A DNA stretch of 64,000 nucleotides from Planctomycetota bacterium (lineage in GTDB: Bacteria > Planctomycetota > MHYJ01 > JACPRB01). The stretch's first letter is position 1. Each line of letters begins with the position of its first letter. Under the pieces are notes generated by a model. It did no database searches. It was given only the letters and a program-made list of their open reading frames with translations, and was not told the DNA's origin. Positions 42,010 to 50,983 of the stretch are shown one piece after another. Both the position numbers and the translations under genes were made by a program. The stretch lies in contig DATLZA010000060.1 in assembly GCA_035574235.1 (NCBI GenBank), positions 2,231-66,230 of the forward strand, given 5' to 3'.

Positions 42010-43170
42010 TCATCGCCGTCGGAGGACCGCAACCCCCAGAAGCGCCGCCGCCAGGGCCGGCCCCGCCGGCGCCGGACCCGACGTTCCGCACCCGCAGCGG
42101 CCATCGACAAGACCTTCTTCGTGGTCGTTGGTCCGGGGCGGGTACGGCTGAACCTGCAGGGGACCCACCGTGTTCGAGACCGCCGATCCCAGCCCATTGA
42201 CCGCCAGGACCCGGTAGTAATAGACCTCCAATGGGTTCACGTTGGTATCCGTGTAGCTGTTGGACGTGTACGATGTCGCCACATCGGCCCACGGTCCCCC
42301 CGAGGCGAGGGCCCGCTGGATCGTGTAGCCGGGGATATTGGGGTCCGGGGCCGGCGTCCACGACAGATCCACCCGCATGATCCCCGCCGAGCCCGTCAGC
42401 GACGGAGCCGCGGGTTCCGTATAGCCCCGGTAGAGGGCGTCGACCTCGCCGGCGCTCAACGCGCGCGCATAGAGCCGGACGTCGTCGATCTGTCCCTGGA
42501 AGCCCTGATGAAACGCCGCCGCGCCGATCGTGAGCGGGTCGGACGAGGTCCCCGGCGTACCGGTCCGCGTTCCCGTCACGTGAAGCGCTCCGTTGATGTA
42601 CATCCGCGCCGTGCCGCCCTGGATCTGACAGGCGATGTGGTACCAGCTGTTTGCCCCCGTCTGAAGCGTGCTCGACAGATTGAGGATCGCATTACCGGAC
42701 GCATCGTATTGTTGAAAAAGGATCCGCCCGTCGCTCCCGGCCCATTCCCAAACCCCGAAGTTGCGCTGAGTGGAGTTTCCTTTGCCGACCATCCGCGCCC
42801 AGTCCGACACGTCCCCGGTCTTGCGCATCCAGAAGGCGACCGTGAAATCGCCGGTCACACGGAGGGCCGGCGCGTCGGGAACCGACACGTGGGCCGCCGG
42901 CTGCGCACCCCCCGCGAAGGTCATGCAGCGGCCGTTCGGAAACGCGAAGGCCGCCGGTGTGCCCGGGAGCGGCCCCACGGTCGTGGCGCCGTTCTGGTAG
43001 GCGCCGTCATAGGTCCCCGCGGAGTCGTCCGCGACGTTTCCCGGCGGCGGATCCGCCTCGTCTCCCTTCCAATAGGCCACAGGCCCCTGCTGCGCTTCGG
43101 CGGTCCAGGCCGCCAACATCGACGCGACAATGGCCGGCCAGAACGGCGCCGCCCTCCCCGGTCTCGCCAT
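42010..43170 (-). CDS. LamG domain - fibronectin-III-like protein with Cys-containing C-terminal sorting-signal-like tail
   Basis: Paralogous N-terminus to the neighbouring gene: VAYWKGDEADPPPGNV...NGATTVGPLPGT. LamG motifs FTVAFWMRK, WYHIACQI and IDDVRLYARAL. FN3-like LSWTPAPDPNIPGYTIQR...YYYRVLAVN. Tail is GRCGCGTSGPAPAGPALAAALLGVAVLRRR. Confidence 0.7.
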   Translation of the reverse strand: MARPGRAAPFWPAIVASMLAAWTAEAQQGPVAYWKGDEADPPPGNVADDSAGTYDGAYQNGATTVGPLPGTPAAFAFPNGRCMTFAGGAQPAAHVSVPDAPALRVTGDFTVAFWMRKTGDVSDWARMVGKGNSTQRNFGVWEWAGSDGRILFQQYDASGNAILNLSSTLQTGANSWYHIACQIQGGTARMYINGALHVTGTRTGTPGTSSDPLTIGAAAFHQGFQGQIDDVRLYARALSAGEVDALYRGYTEPAAPSLTGSAGIMRVDLSWTPAPDPNIPGYTIQRALASGGPWADVATSYTSNSYTDTNVNPLEVYYYRVLAVNGLGSAVSNTVGPLQVQPYPPRTNDHEEGLVDGRCGCGTSGPAPAGPALAAALLGVAVLRRR

Positions 43171-43311
43171 ACCCGCACCCCCGGATGTTCTATTCTCCTC
43201 TTTATTCTTCCATCCCGGGGAAACCGGGTAAGAAATTATGATTCCATGTGAATTCGAGGGAGGACGGGATGAGGGCAATGCCTTATGAGAACGGCCGGGG
43301 TGGGAGAACGC

Positions 43312-44079
43312 TCATTCCCCTCCGGCCAGCCGGTAGACGAACTCCACCGTTTGCGTCTCGCCCGCCGCGACCTTGACCCGCGCCGTCGCCGGCTCCGCCT
43401 TCACCGTGCTTGTCTCGTGCAGCACGGAAATCTCGTACTCCCCGGGAGGAAGCCCCCGGATCGCGAACGTCCCGTCCGGTCCCGTTACGGCATGGAACGG
43501 ATGCTCCAGGACGTGCACGTACGCCACCATCCAGGGATGAAGGAAACACCGAAGGTCGATCTTGAACTCGGGACTCTTAAAGACCTTGTGGAGCTTCATC
43601 CCCTTGACCGGCATGCCGTCGTTGAACGCCCGGTTGTTGCGGGGCGAACACATCACGTTATGCAGCGTTGCGTCGCTGTTGCGGATCTCGAGCGTCTGGC
43701 CCGCCATGACGGCGACCACGTGGGGCGTGTAGACGCACGCCACCTGATCGAGAACCGCCGGCTCCTTCGGGGGATCGAACGTTCGGCCCTCGAGTCCCTT
43801 GCTGACGTACACGAGGACGTTCTGGAGCGTCTCGTCGGCGCCGTTCCTGCCGAATACCCAGCGCTCGTCGGGCGGCGCCTTCCCGCCGCAGGCCTCCTTG
43901 CAGAAGGCGTGGCCCAGCACCTGGGTCAAAGGCGGCGTTTCGGGTTTCCGGCCCTTCCACTTGACGATGCCGGTCACGGTCGCCGTCCCCTGGCCCGCCG
44001 CCGGAGCAGCCGCCTCCTGCGCGCCCGCCGACCCGCAGAGTCCCACCCCCGCCGCCAGAATCGCCGCCCATCGTGTCAT
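43312..44079 (-). CDS. Cupredoxin-like (possible type-1 Cu site) plus carboxypeptidase-regulatory-like domain protein, secreted
   Basis: Signal peptide MTRWAAILAAGVGLCGSAGA. GQTLEIRNSDATLHNV ... CFLHPWM gives a His...Cys-x2-His-x2-Met arrangement. C-terminal GTFAIRGLPPGEYEISVLHE. The ORF-track start at 44097 is a TTG. Confidence 0.55.
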   Translation of the reverse strand: MTRWAAILAAGVGLCGSAGAQEAAAPAAGQGTATVTGIVKWKGRKPETPPLTQVLGHAFCKEACGGKAPPDERWVFGRNGADETLQNVLVYVSKGLEGRTFDPPKEPAVLDQVACVYTPHVVAVMAGQTLEIRNSDATLHNVMCSPRNNRAFNDGMPVKGMKLHKVFKSPEFKIDLRCFLHPWMVAYVHVLEHPFHAVTGPDGTFAIRGLPPGEYEISVLHETSTVKAEPATARVKVAAGETQTVEFVYRLAGGE

Positions 44080-44093
44080 GGATCTTCTCCGGC

Positions 44094-45509
44094 TCAATCC
44101 CGAGGGGCTCGCTTGGCGCCCTCGGCCACCCGGCCGGCGGGCACGATTCTCCAGACCGATCCCCGTTCGCTCTCATACGGATTCCATGTGCCGTACTGGC
44201 TCGGGGCGCTCGTCACCAGAATCTCGCCCTCCTCGTCCTCGCCCCCGGCCGTGAAATTCAACCGGGTGTCCAGCAGCTCCTGGAGGTGCCACTTGCCGGC
44301 CTCGTCCCGCGCCAGGCCCCACAGCCTCCCCGTCCCCCAGTCGCCCAGGAAATAAATCCCCTCGAGCTCCGGGGCCGCCTTGCCCCGATATACCCCCATC
44401 CCGATCACGCAAATCCCGTCCGTCGCGTGGTTGTATTCGGCCACCGGCAGCACGCCGACCACGGGAGTCTTCACCCCCTGCTGCTCCAGCTCCAGCGGAA
44501 ACGGATGCACCCCGCACATCCGGTTCCACCCGTAGTCTTCGCCTCCCTTGGAGGAAGCCGGCTGGAAATTCACCTCCTCCCAGTGGTTCTGCCCGATGTC
44601 GGCGATGTAAAGATCGCCCGTCTTGCGGTCGAACGAGAACGTCCACGGGTTGCGCAGCCCGTAGGCCCAGATCTCGGGCTTGGCGTGCTGTTTGATCCGC
44701 GAAAACTCCAGCTCGCTGACCCCGAAGAGCACCATCAGCTTGGGCTGCGCGGCCTTGACGAAAGGGTTGTCCTGAGGAACCCCGTAGGTCAGATGCCCCG
44801 TGGGACGGACGTCGATCCGCAGCATTTTTCCCAGCCAGGTGCCGAGATTCGGACCCACATCCAGGACGTCCCCCTCCCATCCGCCGTCGCCCACGCCGAT
44901 GTACAGATACCCGTCCGGCCCGAAGGCGATCTTGCCCCCGTGATGGTTGACGTACGGATAATCGATCCGGATCACGGGACGGGCGGTGGTCATGTCGGCC
45001 TTGTTCGGATCGCCGGCGGAGACCTTGTACTCGACGACGAAGGTGGCCCCGTTGAACCAGAGATCCGCGTAGCTCACGTAGAAGAGGCCGTTCTCCTTGA
45101 ACCGGGGATGAAACTCGATGGCGTAGAGACCGCATTCCAGGAACTGGAAGAACGTGTTGGCCCGGTTGTCATAGAAGGGCTCCGGGAGGACCTTTCCCGA
45201 ACGGTCGATGATGCGGATGGTGCCGGGACGCTCGCACACGAACAGCCGGCCCGTGCCGTCGCGCGGGCTGGCCACGTGAACGGGATCCACGAAGCCCCCG
45301 GCCACCTCCACGAGTTCCACCTTCACGCCCGACTTGGCTCCCGGCAGCCTGCCCCCGGGGCGCGCCACCTCGATCCGGACCGGCTCGGCGGACTCGACCA
45401 TCAGAGACTTCCGCGGGGCGGACTTCGGCGCCGCGGCGGGCGCGGCCCCCGACGCGCATCCCCCCAGAAACGCCACGACGCTCGCCGCGAAGGCGACGGT
45501 CTGCTTCAT
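44094..45509 (-). CDS. PQQ-dependent sugar dehydrogenase (glucose/sorbosone dehydrogenase family) lipoprotein
   Basis: Lipobox FLGGC. HHGGKIAFGPDGYLYIGVGDGG and YGLRNPWTFSFD motifs. Start moved to the ATG at 45509. Confidence 0.8.
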   Translation of the reverse strand: MKQTVAFAASVVAFLGGCASGAAPAAAPKSAPRKSLMVESAEPVRIEVARPGGRLPGAKSGVKVELVEVAGGFVDPVHVASPRDGTGRLFVCERPGTIRIIDRSGKVLPEPFYDNRANTFFQFLECGLYAIEFHPRFKENGLFYVSYADLWFNGATFVVEYKVSAGDPNKADMTTARPVIRIDYPYVNHHGGKIAFGPDGYLYIGVGDGGWEGDVLDVGPNLGTWLGKMLRIDVRPTGHLTYGVPQDNPFVKAAQPKLMVLFGVSELEFSRIKQHAKPEIWAYGLRNPWTFSFDRKTGDLYIADIGQNHWEEVNFQPASSKGGEDYGWNRMCGVHPFPLELEQQGVKTPVVGVLPVAEYNHATDGICVIGMGVYRGKAAPELEGIYFLGDWGTGRLWGLARDEAGKWHLQELLDTRLNFTAGGEDEEGEILVTSAPSQYGTWNPYESERGSVWRIVPAGRVAEGAKRAPRD

Positions 45510-45678
45510 AAGACGTTCCTCCCCCGAGTTCCCTACGTGATGTAGTTCCCCGAACCGGGCCGTTCCGGTAGCCGAAACGCACGCCAAGGTATCCGCGCCT
45601 CGCGAAGGGCGTCAAGAAATTGGTCCGAACTTACCGCGGCCGCGTCCCCACGGGTAATAAGCGCAGGAGGGACGATCC

Positions 45679-48600
45679 TTGCAACGCGCGGGCGATCATG
45701 GTACCACTGGGACTGCCGTGGAGGTGACGCGCCGGTCGTTCCTCAAGGTTTCCGCCGCGGGCGCCCTCGTCACGCCCCTCGGCTTCGATCTCTCCCCCGC
45801 CCTGGCCGAGGCCCGCCGGTTCAAGATCGCCCGCACGACCGAAACCCGCTCGATCTGCCCCTACTGCTCCGTCTCCTGCGGCGTCATCGTCCACACGCGC
45901 GGCGACGGCAAGAACACCCAGCGACAGATCGTCCACGTGGAAGGCGACCCGGACCACCCGATCAACCAGGGCACGCTCTGCCCCAAAGGCGCCACCCTCA
46001 AACACTACGTGGACAACGACCGCCGCCTCGTGCGCCCCCTCCATCGCGCCCCCGGGGCGCGGGAGTGGACCCCGATCTCCTGGGACGAGGCCGTCGACCG
46101 CATCGCCCGCCGGATCAAGGCCACGCGGGACGCGACCTTCGTGGCCCAGGACGCGCGCGGCCGGCGCGTCCACCGCCTGGAGTCGATCGCCGCGATCGGC
46201 GGATGCACGGACACCAACGAATTCAACTGGCTCTTCCAGAAAACCGCCCGCGCCCTCGGCATCGTCCACCTGGAACAGCAATCGCGGATCTGACACGGCC
46301 CCACGGTGGCGAGTCTCGCCCCCACGTTCGGCCGCGGCGCGATGACCAACGGATGGACCGACATCCGCAACGCCGACGTCATCCTGGCCATGGGCGGCAA
46401 CCCCGCCGAGAATCACCCCTGCGGCTTCAAGTGGGCGATCGAGGCCAAGAAGAAGCGCGGCGCCCGGCTCGTCTGCGTGGACCCGCGTTACAACCGCACC
46501 GCCGCCGTCAGCGACGCCTTCGTCCCGATCCGCTCCGGCACCGATATCGCCTTCCTGGGCGGCCTCATCCGCCACGCGCTGGAAAACCGCCGCTTCCATG
46601 AGGAGTACGTCCGGCTCCACACGAATGCGCTCTTCCTGCTCGAACCCGGCTCGGAGTTCGACCCCCGGGAAGGCGTCTTCGGAGGCTTCGACGGGACCCG
46701 CTACGACCGCTCCCGCTGGAGATACCGCCTCGACGACAAGGGCTTCGCCCGCCGGGCGGCGTCGCTCGACGATCCGGACTGCGTCTTCCAGCATCTGCGG
46801 CGCCACTTCTCGCGCTACACGCCCGAAGTCGTCGCGGACATCTGCGGCTGCTCCCGTGAAGACTTCCTCAGGGCCGCCGACATCGTCACGTCGACCGGCA
46901 CCCCGGACCGCGTGGGCACGATCCTGTACGCCCTCGGCTGGACCCAGCACTCGACGGCCGTCCAGATCATCCGGTCCGCGGCGATCCTGCAGCTCCTGCT
47001 CGGCAACGTGGGCCGCCCGGGCGGGGGCGTGAACGCCCTGCGCGGCCACGCCAACATCCAGGGCGGCACCGACCACGGCGTGGCCTATCACGCGCTGCCC
47101 GGATATCTTCGGATGCCCGAACCGGACGACCGAACGGCGGCGGACTACCTGCGTCGCCTGATCCCGCCCGCCCTGTCTCCGACCTCCATGAACTACTGGG
47201 CCCACGCCGACCGCTTCTTCGTCTCCCTCATGAAGGCCCTGTACGGCAAGGCCGCCACGGCGGAAAACGACTGGGCCTACGACTGGCTCCCCAAAGTCGA
47301 CGGCAACTACTCGTGGGTCTACATCTTCGACCGCATGTATCGCGGCCAGATCCGTGGGTTTCTCGTCTTCGGCATGAACCCCGTGGCCAACGGGCCCAAC
47401 TCCGAAAAGATCCTCGCGGCCCTCTCGAAGCTGGAATGGATGGTCGTGGCCGAGGCCTTCGAAACGGAAACCGCCGCCTTCTGGAAGGTCGCCGGAGACA
47501 ACCCCCGGACCGAAGTCTTCCTCCTCCCGGCAGCCATCTTCGCGGAAAAGGACGGCTCGTTCACGAACTCCTCCCGCTGGGCTCAGTGGAAGTACAAGGC
47601 GGCCGACCCGCCGGGGCTGGCCAAGACCGACCAGGAAATCCTCGCGCGGATCTTCCTGCGCCTCCGCCAGCTCTACGCGGCCGAGGGAGGCGCTTTCCCC
47701 GATCCGATCCTGGGGCTGGACTGGTCGTACAAGAATCCCTTCGAGCCCTCGCTCGAGGAAATCGCCCGCGAGATCAACGGACGGGACCTGGCGACGGGCC
47801 GGCAGCTTTCGGGATTCGCCGAGCTCAAGGCGGACGGGACCACCGCGTGCGGCAACTGGCTCTACTGCGGAAGCTTCACGGAAGCCGGCAATCTCATGGC
47901 GCGGCGCGATCCCCGCGACCCTTCCGGGCTGGGCCGCTACGAGGGCTGGGCCTGGAACTGGCCCATGAACCGCCGCGTCCTCTACAACCGCGCCTCCGCC
48001 GACGCCCAGGGACGTCCCTGGGATCCCTCGCGGCCGGGCATCGTCTGGGACGGCTCCCGCTGGATCGGCGACGTGCCGGACCTGCGCCCCGACGCCCCCC
48101 CCGGGACGCTCGACGCCTTCATCATGCTTCCGGAGGGAGTCGCCAAGCTCTGGGCGCCCGACTTCGCCGACGGTCCCTTCCCGGAACATTACGAGCCGGC
48201 CGAACATCCGGTTGATAATCCCCTCCACCCGAAACGCACGACGAACCCGGTCGCCCCGATCCTCACGAGCGACCTCGACAGGCTTGGAAGCTCCCGCGAG
48301 TACGATCTCGTGGCCACGACCTTCCGGCTCACGGAGCATTTCCATTACTGGACCAAGCACGTGGCCCCGACGGCGCTCCTTCAGCCCGAGTTCTTCGTCG
48401 AGATCCCCGAAGAACTGGCCGCCGCGCGCGGGTGGCGCAACGGCGACCGCGTCCGCGTCTCGACCCCCCGCGGATCCGTCGAGGGCCGGGCGCTGGTGAC
48501 CCGCCGGATCCGCCCCCTGAAGGTCGCCGGCAAGACGGTCTGGCAGGTGGCGCTTCCCATCCACTGGGGCTTCACCGGCCGGACGGACAAGGGACGCGAC

Positions 48601-48702
48601 CGCGGACCCCTCGTCAACCTCCTGACTCCGTCGGTGGTGGATCCGAACTCGTTCACCCCCGAGTACAAGACCTTCCTCGTCAAGCTGGAGAAGCTGCCGT
48701 GA
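45679..48702 (+). CDS. fdnG: Formate dehydrogenase-N/O-type catalytic (alpha) subunit, selenocysteine-containing, Tat-exported
   Basis: Twin-arginine signal TRRSFLKVSAAGA. 4Fe-4S motif CPYCSVSCG. ORFs 45679-46293 and 46306-48702 are in the same frame. Read-through gives EQQSRI-U-HGPTVASLAPTFGRGAMTN, the conserved FdnG Sec context. TTG start with AGGAGGG 7 nt upstream. Confidence 0.9.
46291..46326 (+). promoter_or_regulatory. Selenocysteine UGA codon (46291-46293) plus downstream SECIS-like stem-loop
   Basis: UGA is followed by CACGGCCCCACGGUGGCGAGUCUCGCCCCCACG. Core hairpin is GGCGA-GUC-UCGCC at 46308-46320, with the loop about 20 nt from the UGA. The arrangement resembles the one I recall for E. 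coli fdnG. Confidence 0.7.
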
Positions 48703-50240
48703 GCGGCGCCCTCGAGATCGCCCGGATCTCCGCGGCCGAGCCGCGGGCGGCGGTGCGCGCGGACGAGCAGCTCTGCATGCTCATCGACACCACCACCTGC
48801 ATCGGCTGCAAGGCGTGCGAGGTGGCCTGCGTGGAGTGGAACGACCTCAAGCTCGAGCCCGAATACGGCGAGCGGATCCTCCATTCCTATCAGACGATGC
48901 CGGACATGACCCCGGCCTTCTGGAACCTCATCCGGTTCGACGAAATCGCGGTGGACCGGGACCGCCGGCCGCTTCTCCCGGCCGCCGCGGAGGCCGCCGG
49001 CGACGCGGGCGTCATGATGCTCATGCGCAAGGACATGTGCATGCACTGCGCCGAGCCGGGGTGCCTGATCGCCTGCCCCGCCGAAGGCGCGATCGTTCAG
49101 TACACCAACGGCATCGTGGACTTCCGCCAGGACCACTGCATCGGGTGCGGGTATTGCATGACCGGATGCCCGTTCAACATCCCGAAATTCGACGGCGAAT
49201 CGCGCCGCGTCTACAAGTGCACGATGTGCAGCGACCGCGTGGCTCACGGGCTGGGCCCCGCGTGCGTGAAAGCCTGCCCCACGGGCTGCCTGGAGTTCGG
49301 GACCAAGCGCGAGATGCTCCGGCGGGCCGCCCGGCGGGCCGAACAGGTCCGGACCGAGGGCTTTCCGAACGCGGGCGTCTACGATCCCGCCGGAGTGGGC
49401 GGCACGGGCGTCGTATACGTCCTCCACCACGCCGATCGGCCGGAGCTCTATGGAGCCCTTCCGGCGAATCCGCGAATCGACCCTCAGGTCGCCTTCTGGA
49501 AGGGTCCGCTCAAGTGGCTCGGCGGCCTTTCGCTCGGGGCGTCGCTGGCCGCGGCGGCGGTCCATTACCTCGTGGCCGGACCCCGCCGCACGCGCCCGGC
49601 CGCGGCGGCGCCGGCCCGCGAAATCGTCCGGTACACCGCCTTCGAGCGCGCGCTCCATTGGACCGTGGCGGCGACGTTTCTCTATCTCGCTCTGACGGGC
49701 CTGGGGCTCTTCACCCCCAAGCTGGCGTGGTTGCTCGACCTTCTGGGCGGCGGCCAGACCGCGCGCGCGTGGCACCCGATCGTGGGAATGGTCTTCGTCG
49801 CGGCGGTGCTCGGACAGTTCGCCCTGTGGTTCCGCGACCTTCGCCTGACCGGGCAGGACGTCGCCTGGCTTCGGAAGATCCGCGACTACGTGGCCGGCCG
49901 CGACGAGAAGGTCCCGCCGTCCGGACGCTTCAACGCGGGACAAAAGCTCCTTTTCCGGGCGCAGGTCTTCCTGGCCGCCGTCCTCCTGGCCAGCGGAGTG
50001 CCGATCTGGTTCCCGGAGGAATTTTCCCGCGGCCTGCGGCTTTGGTCGCTCGGGATTCACTCCGCCGGCGCCGTCGCGGCGATCCTCTCCCTCGTCGTCC
50101 ACGTGCACATGTCCGTTTTCGTCACCCGCGGCGCGCTGCGCGCCATGACCGAGGGGAAGGTCACGGAGGACTGGGCCCGGCACCACCATGCCGCGTGGGC
50201 CGAGGAGAAGCTCGGCCCTCCGGAACCTCCCCGGGGATAG
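48699..50240 (+). CDS. Formate dehydrogenase iron-sulfur (beta) subunit fused to cytochrome b556 (gamma) subunit
   Basis: N-terminal ferredoxin-type motifs: CIGCKACEVAC, CMHCAEPGC, CIGCGYCMTGC and CTMCSDR...CVKACP. Then a TM anchor. Then an FdnI-like four-helix region starting RYTAFERALHW, with His-containing helices. One uninterrupted frame. GTG start overlaps the fdnG stop (GTGA). Confidence 0.75.
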   Translation: MSGALEIARISAAEPRAAVRADEQLCMLIDTTTCIGCKACEVACVEWNDLKLEPEYGERILHSYQTMPDMTPAFWNLIRFDEIAVDRDRRPLLPAAAEAAGDAGVMMLMRKDMCMHCAEPGCLIACPAEGAIVQYTNGIVDFRQDHCIGCGYCMTGCPFNIPKFDGESRRVYKCTMCSDRVAHGLGPACVKACPTGCLEFGTKREMLRRAARRAEQVRTEGFPNAGVYDPAGVGGTGVVYVLHHADRPELYGALPANPRIDPQVAFWKGPLKWLGGLSLGASLAAAAVHYLVAGPRRTRPAAAAPAREIVRYTAFERALHWTVAATFLYLALTGLGLFTPKLAWLLDLLGGGQTARAWHPIVGMVFVAAVLGQFALWFRDLRLTGQDVAWLRKIRDYVAGRDEKVPPSGRFNAGQKLLFRAQVFLAAVLLASGVPIWFPEEFSRGLRLWSLGIHSAGAVAAILSLVVHVHMSVFVTRGALRAMTEGKVTEDWARHHHAAWAEEKLGPPEPPRG

Positions 50241-50247
50241 CCCTCCG

Positions 50248-50976
50248 GTGAGCGACGTGTGGGACCGCCGGATCCGGCGCGCTGCCGAGCTCGAACGGGA
50301 GTGGCCCTTCGCCGCGGACCTCCTGCGCTTCTACCGCGAACTGGCCGCCCTCCAGCGGGAAATCGCGCGGCAGGATCGGGCCGTCGCCCTGCGCCGCCTG
50401 ATCGCCTGGACGGCCGGGCGCGCGCCCGCGGCGGCCGCGGCCGAGGCGCGGCTCTGGGAGAACGATCCCGAAGGCCGCTGGCGGGAAGAGGAGTCGCGCC
50501 CCCACGCCCGGGACGGTTCCTGCCGGGATTGCGCCTCGCCTCTTTATCACTTTCTGCGCGCGGCGCTCGGCCAGGCGTTCGCCGCCGGCGCTCCGGCGGC
50601 CTCCGAACCCCGCGGAGAATCCCCCTGCTGCGGCGCGCCGCCCGGAGCGGCCGTTCTGCGCGAGGACCCCGAAGCCGGGGCCCTGCGGCGGTCGCTGCTT
50701 TGTTCCCGATGCGCGAGCGAGTGGGCCTTTCCGCGGATTCTGTGCCCGCGCTGCCGCGAGGAGCGACCGGAGAGGCTCCCGCGCTACGCGGCCGACGAAA
50801 TCCCCTGGGTGCGGATCGAAGCGTGCGACTCGTGCCGCCGGTACCTCAAGGCCATCGATCTCTCCCGGAATCCCGGAGCCGACCCCCTGGTGGACGAGCT
50901 CGGATCGACGCCGCTCGATCTGGCGGCCCGCGAGCGCGGATACGAGAAGATCGCCCCCAACCTGGCCGGGCTGTGA
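50248..50976 (+). CDS. fdhE: Formate dehydrogenase accessory protein FdhE
   Basis: Cys pairs CCGAPP..., CSRCASEW, CPRCRE and CDSCRRYLK match the FdhE rubredoxin-like motifs. GTG start at 50248 is tentative. Confidence 0.75.
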   Translation: MSDVWDRRIRRAAELEREWPFAADLLRFYRELAALQREIARQDRAVALRRLIAWTAGRAPAAAAAEARLWENDPEGRWREEESRPHARDGSCRDCASPLYHFLRAALGQAFAAGAPAASEPRGESPCCGAPPGAAVLREDPEAGALRRSLLCSRCASEWAFPRILCPRCREERPERLPRYAADEIPWVRIEACDSCRRYLKAIDLSRNPGADPLVDELGSTPLDLAARERGYEKIAPNLAGL

Positions 50977-50983
50977 CCCGGCG

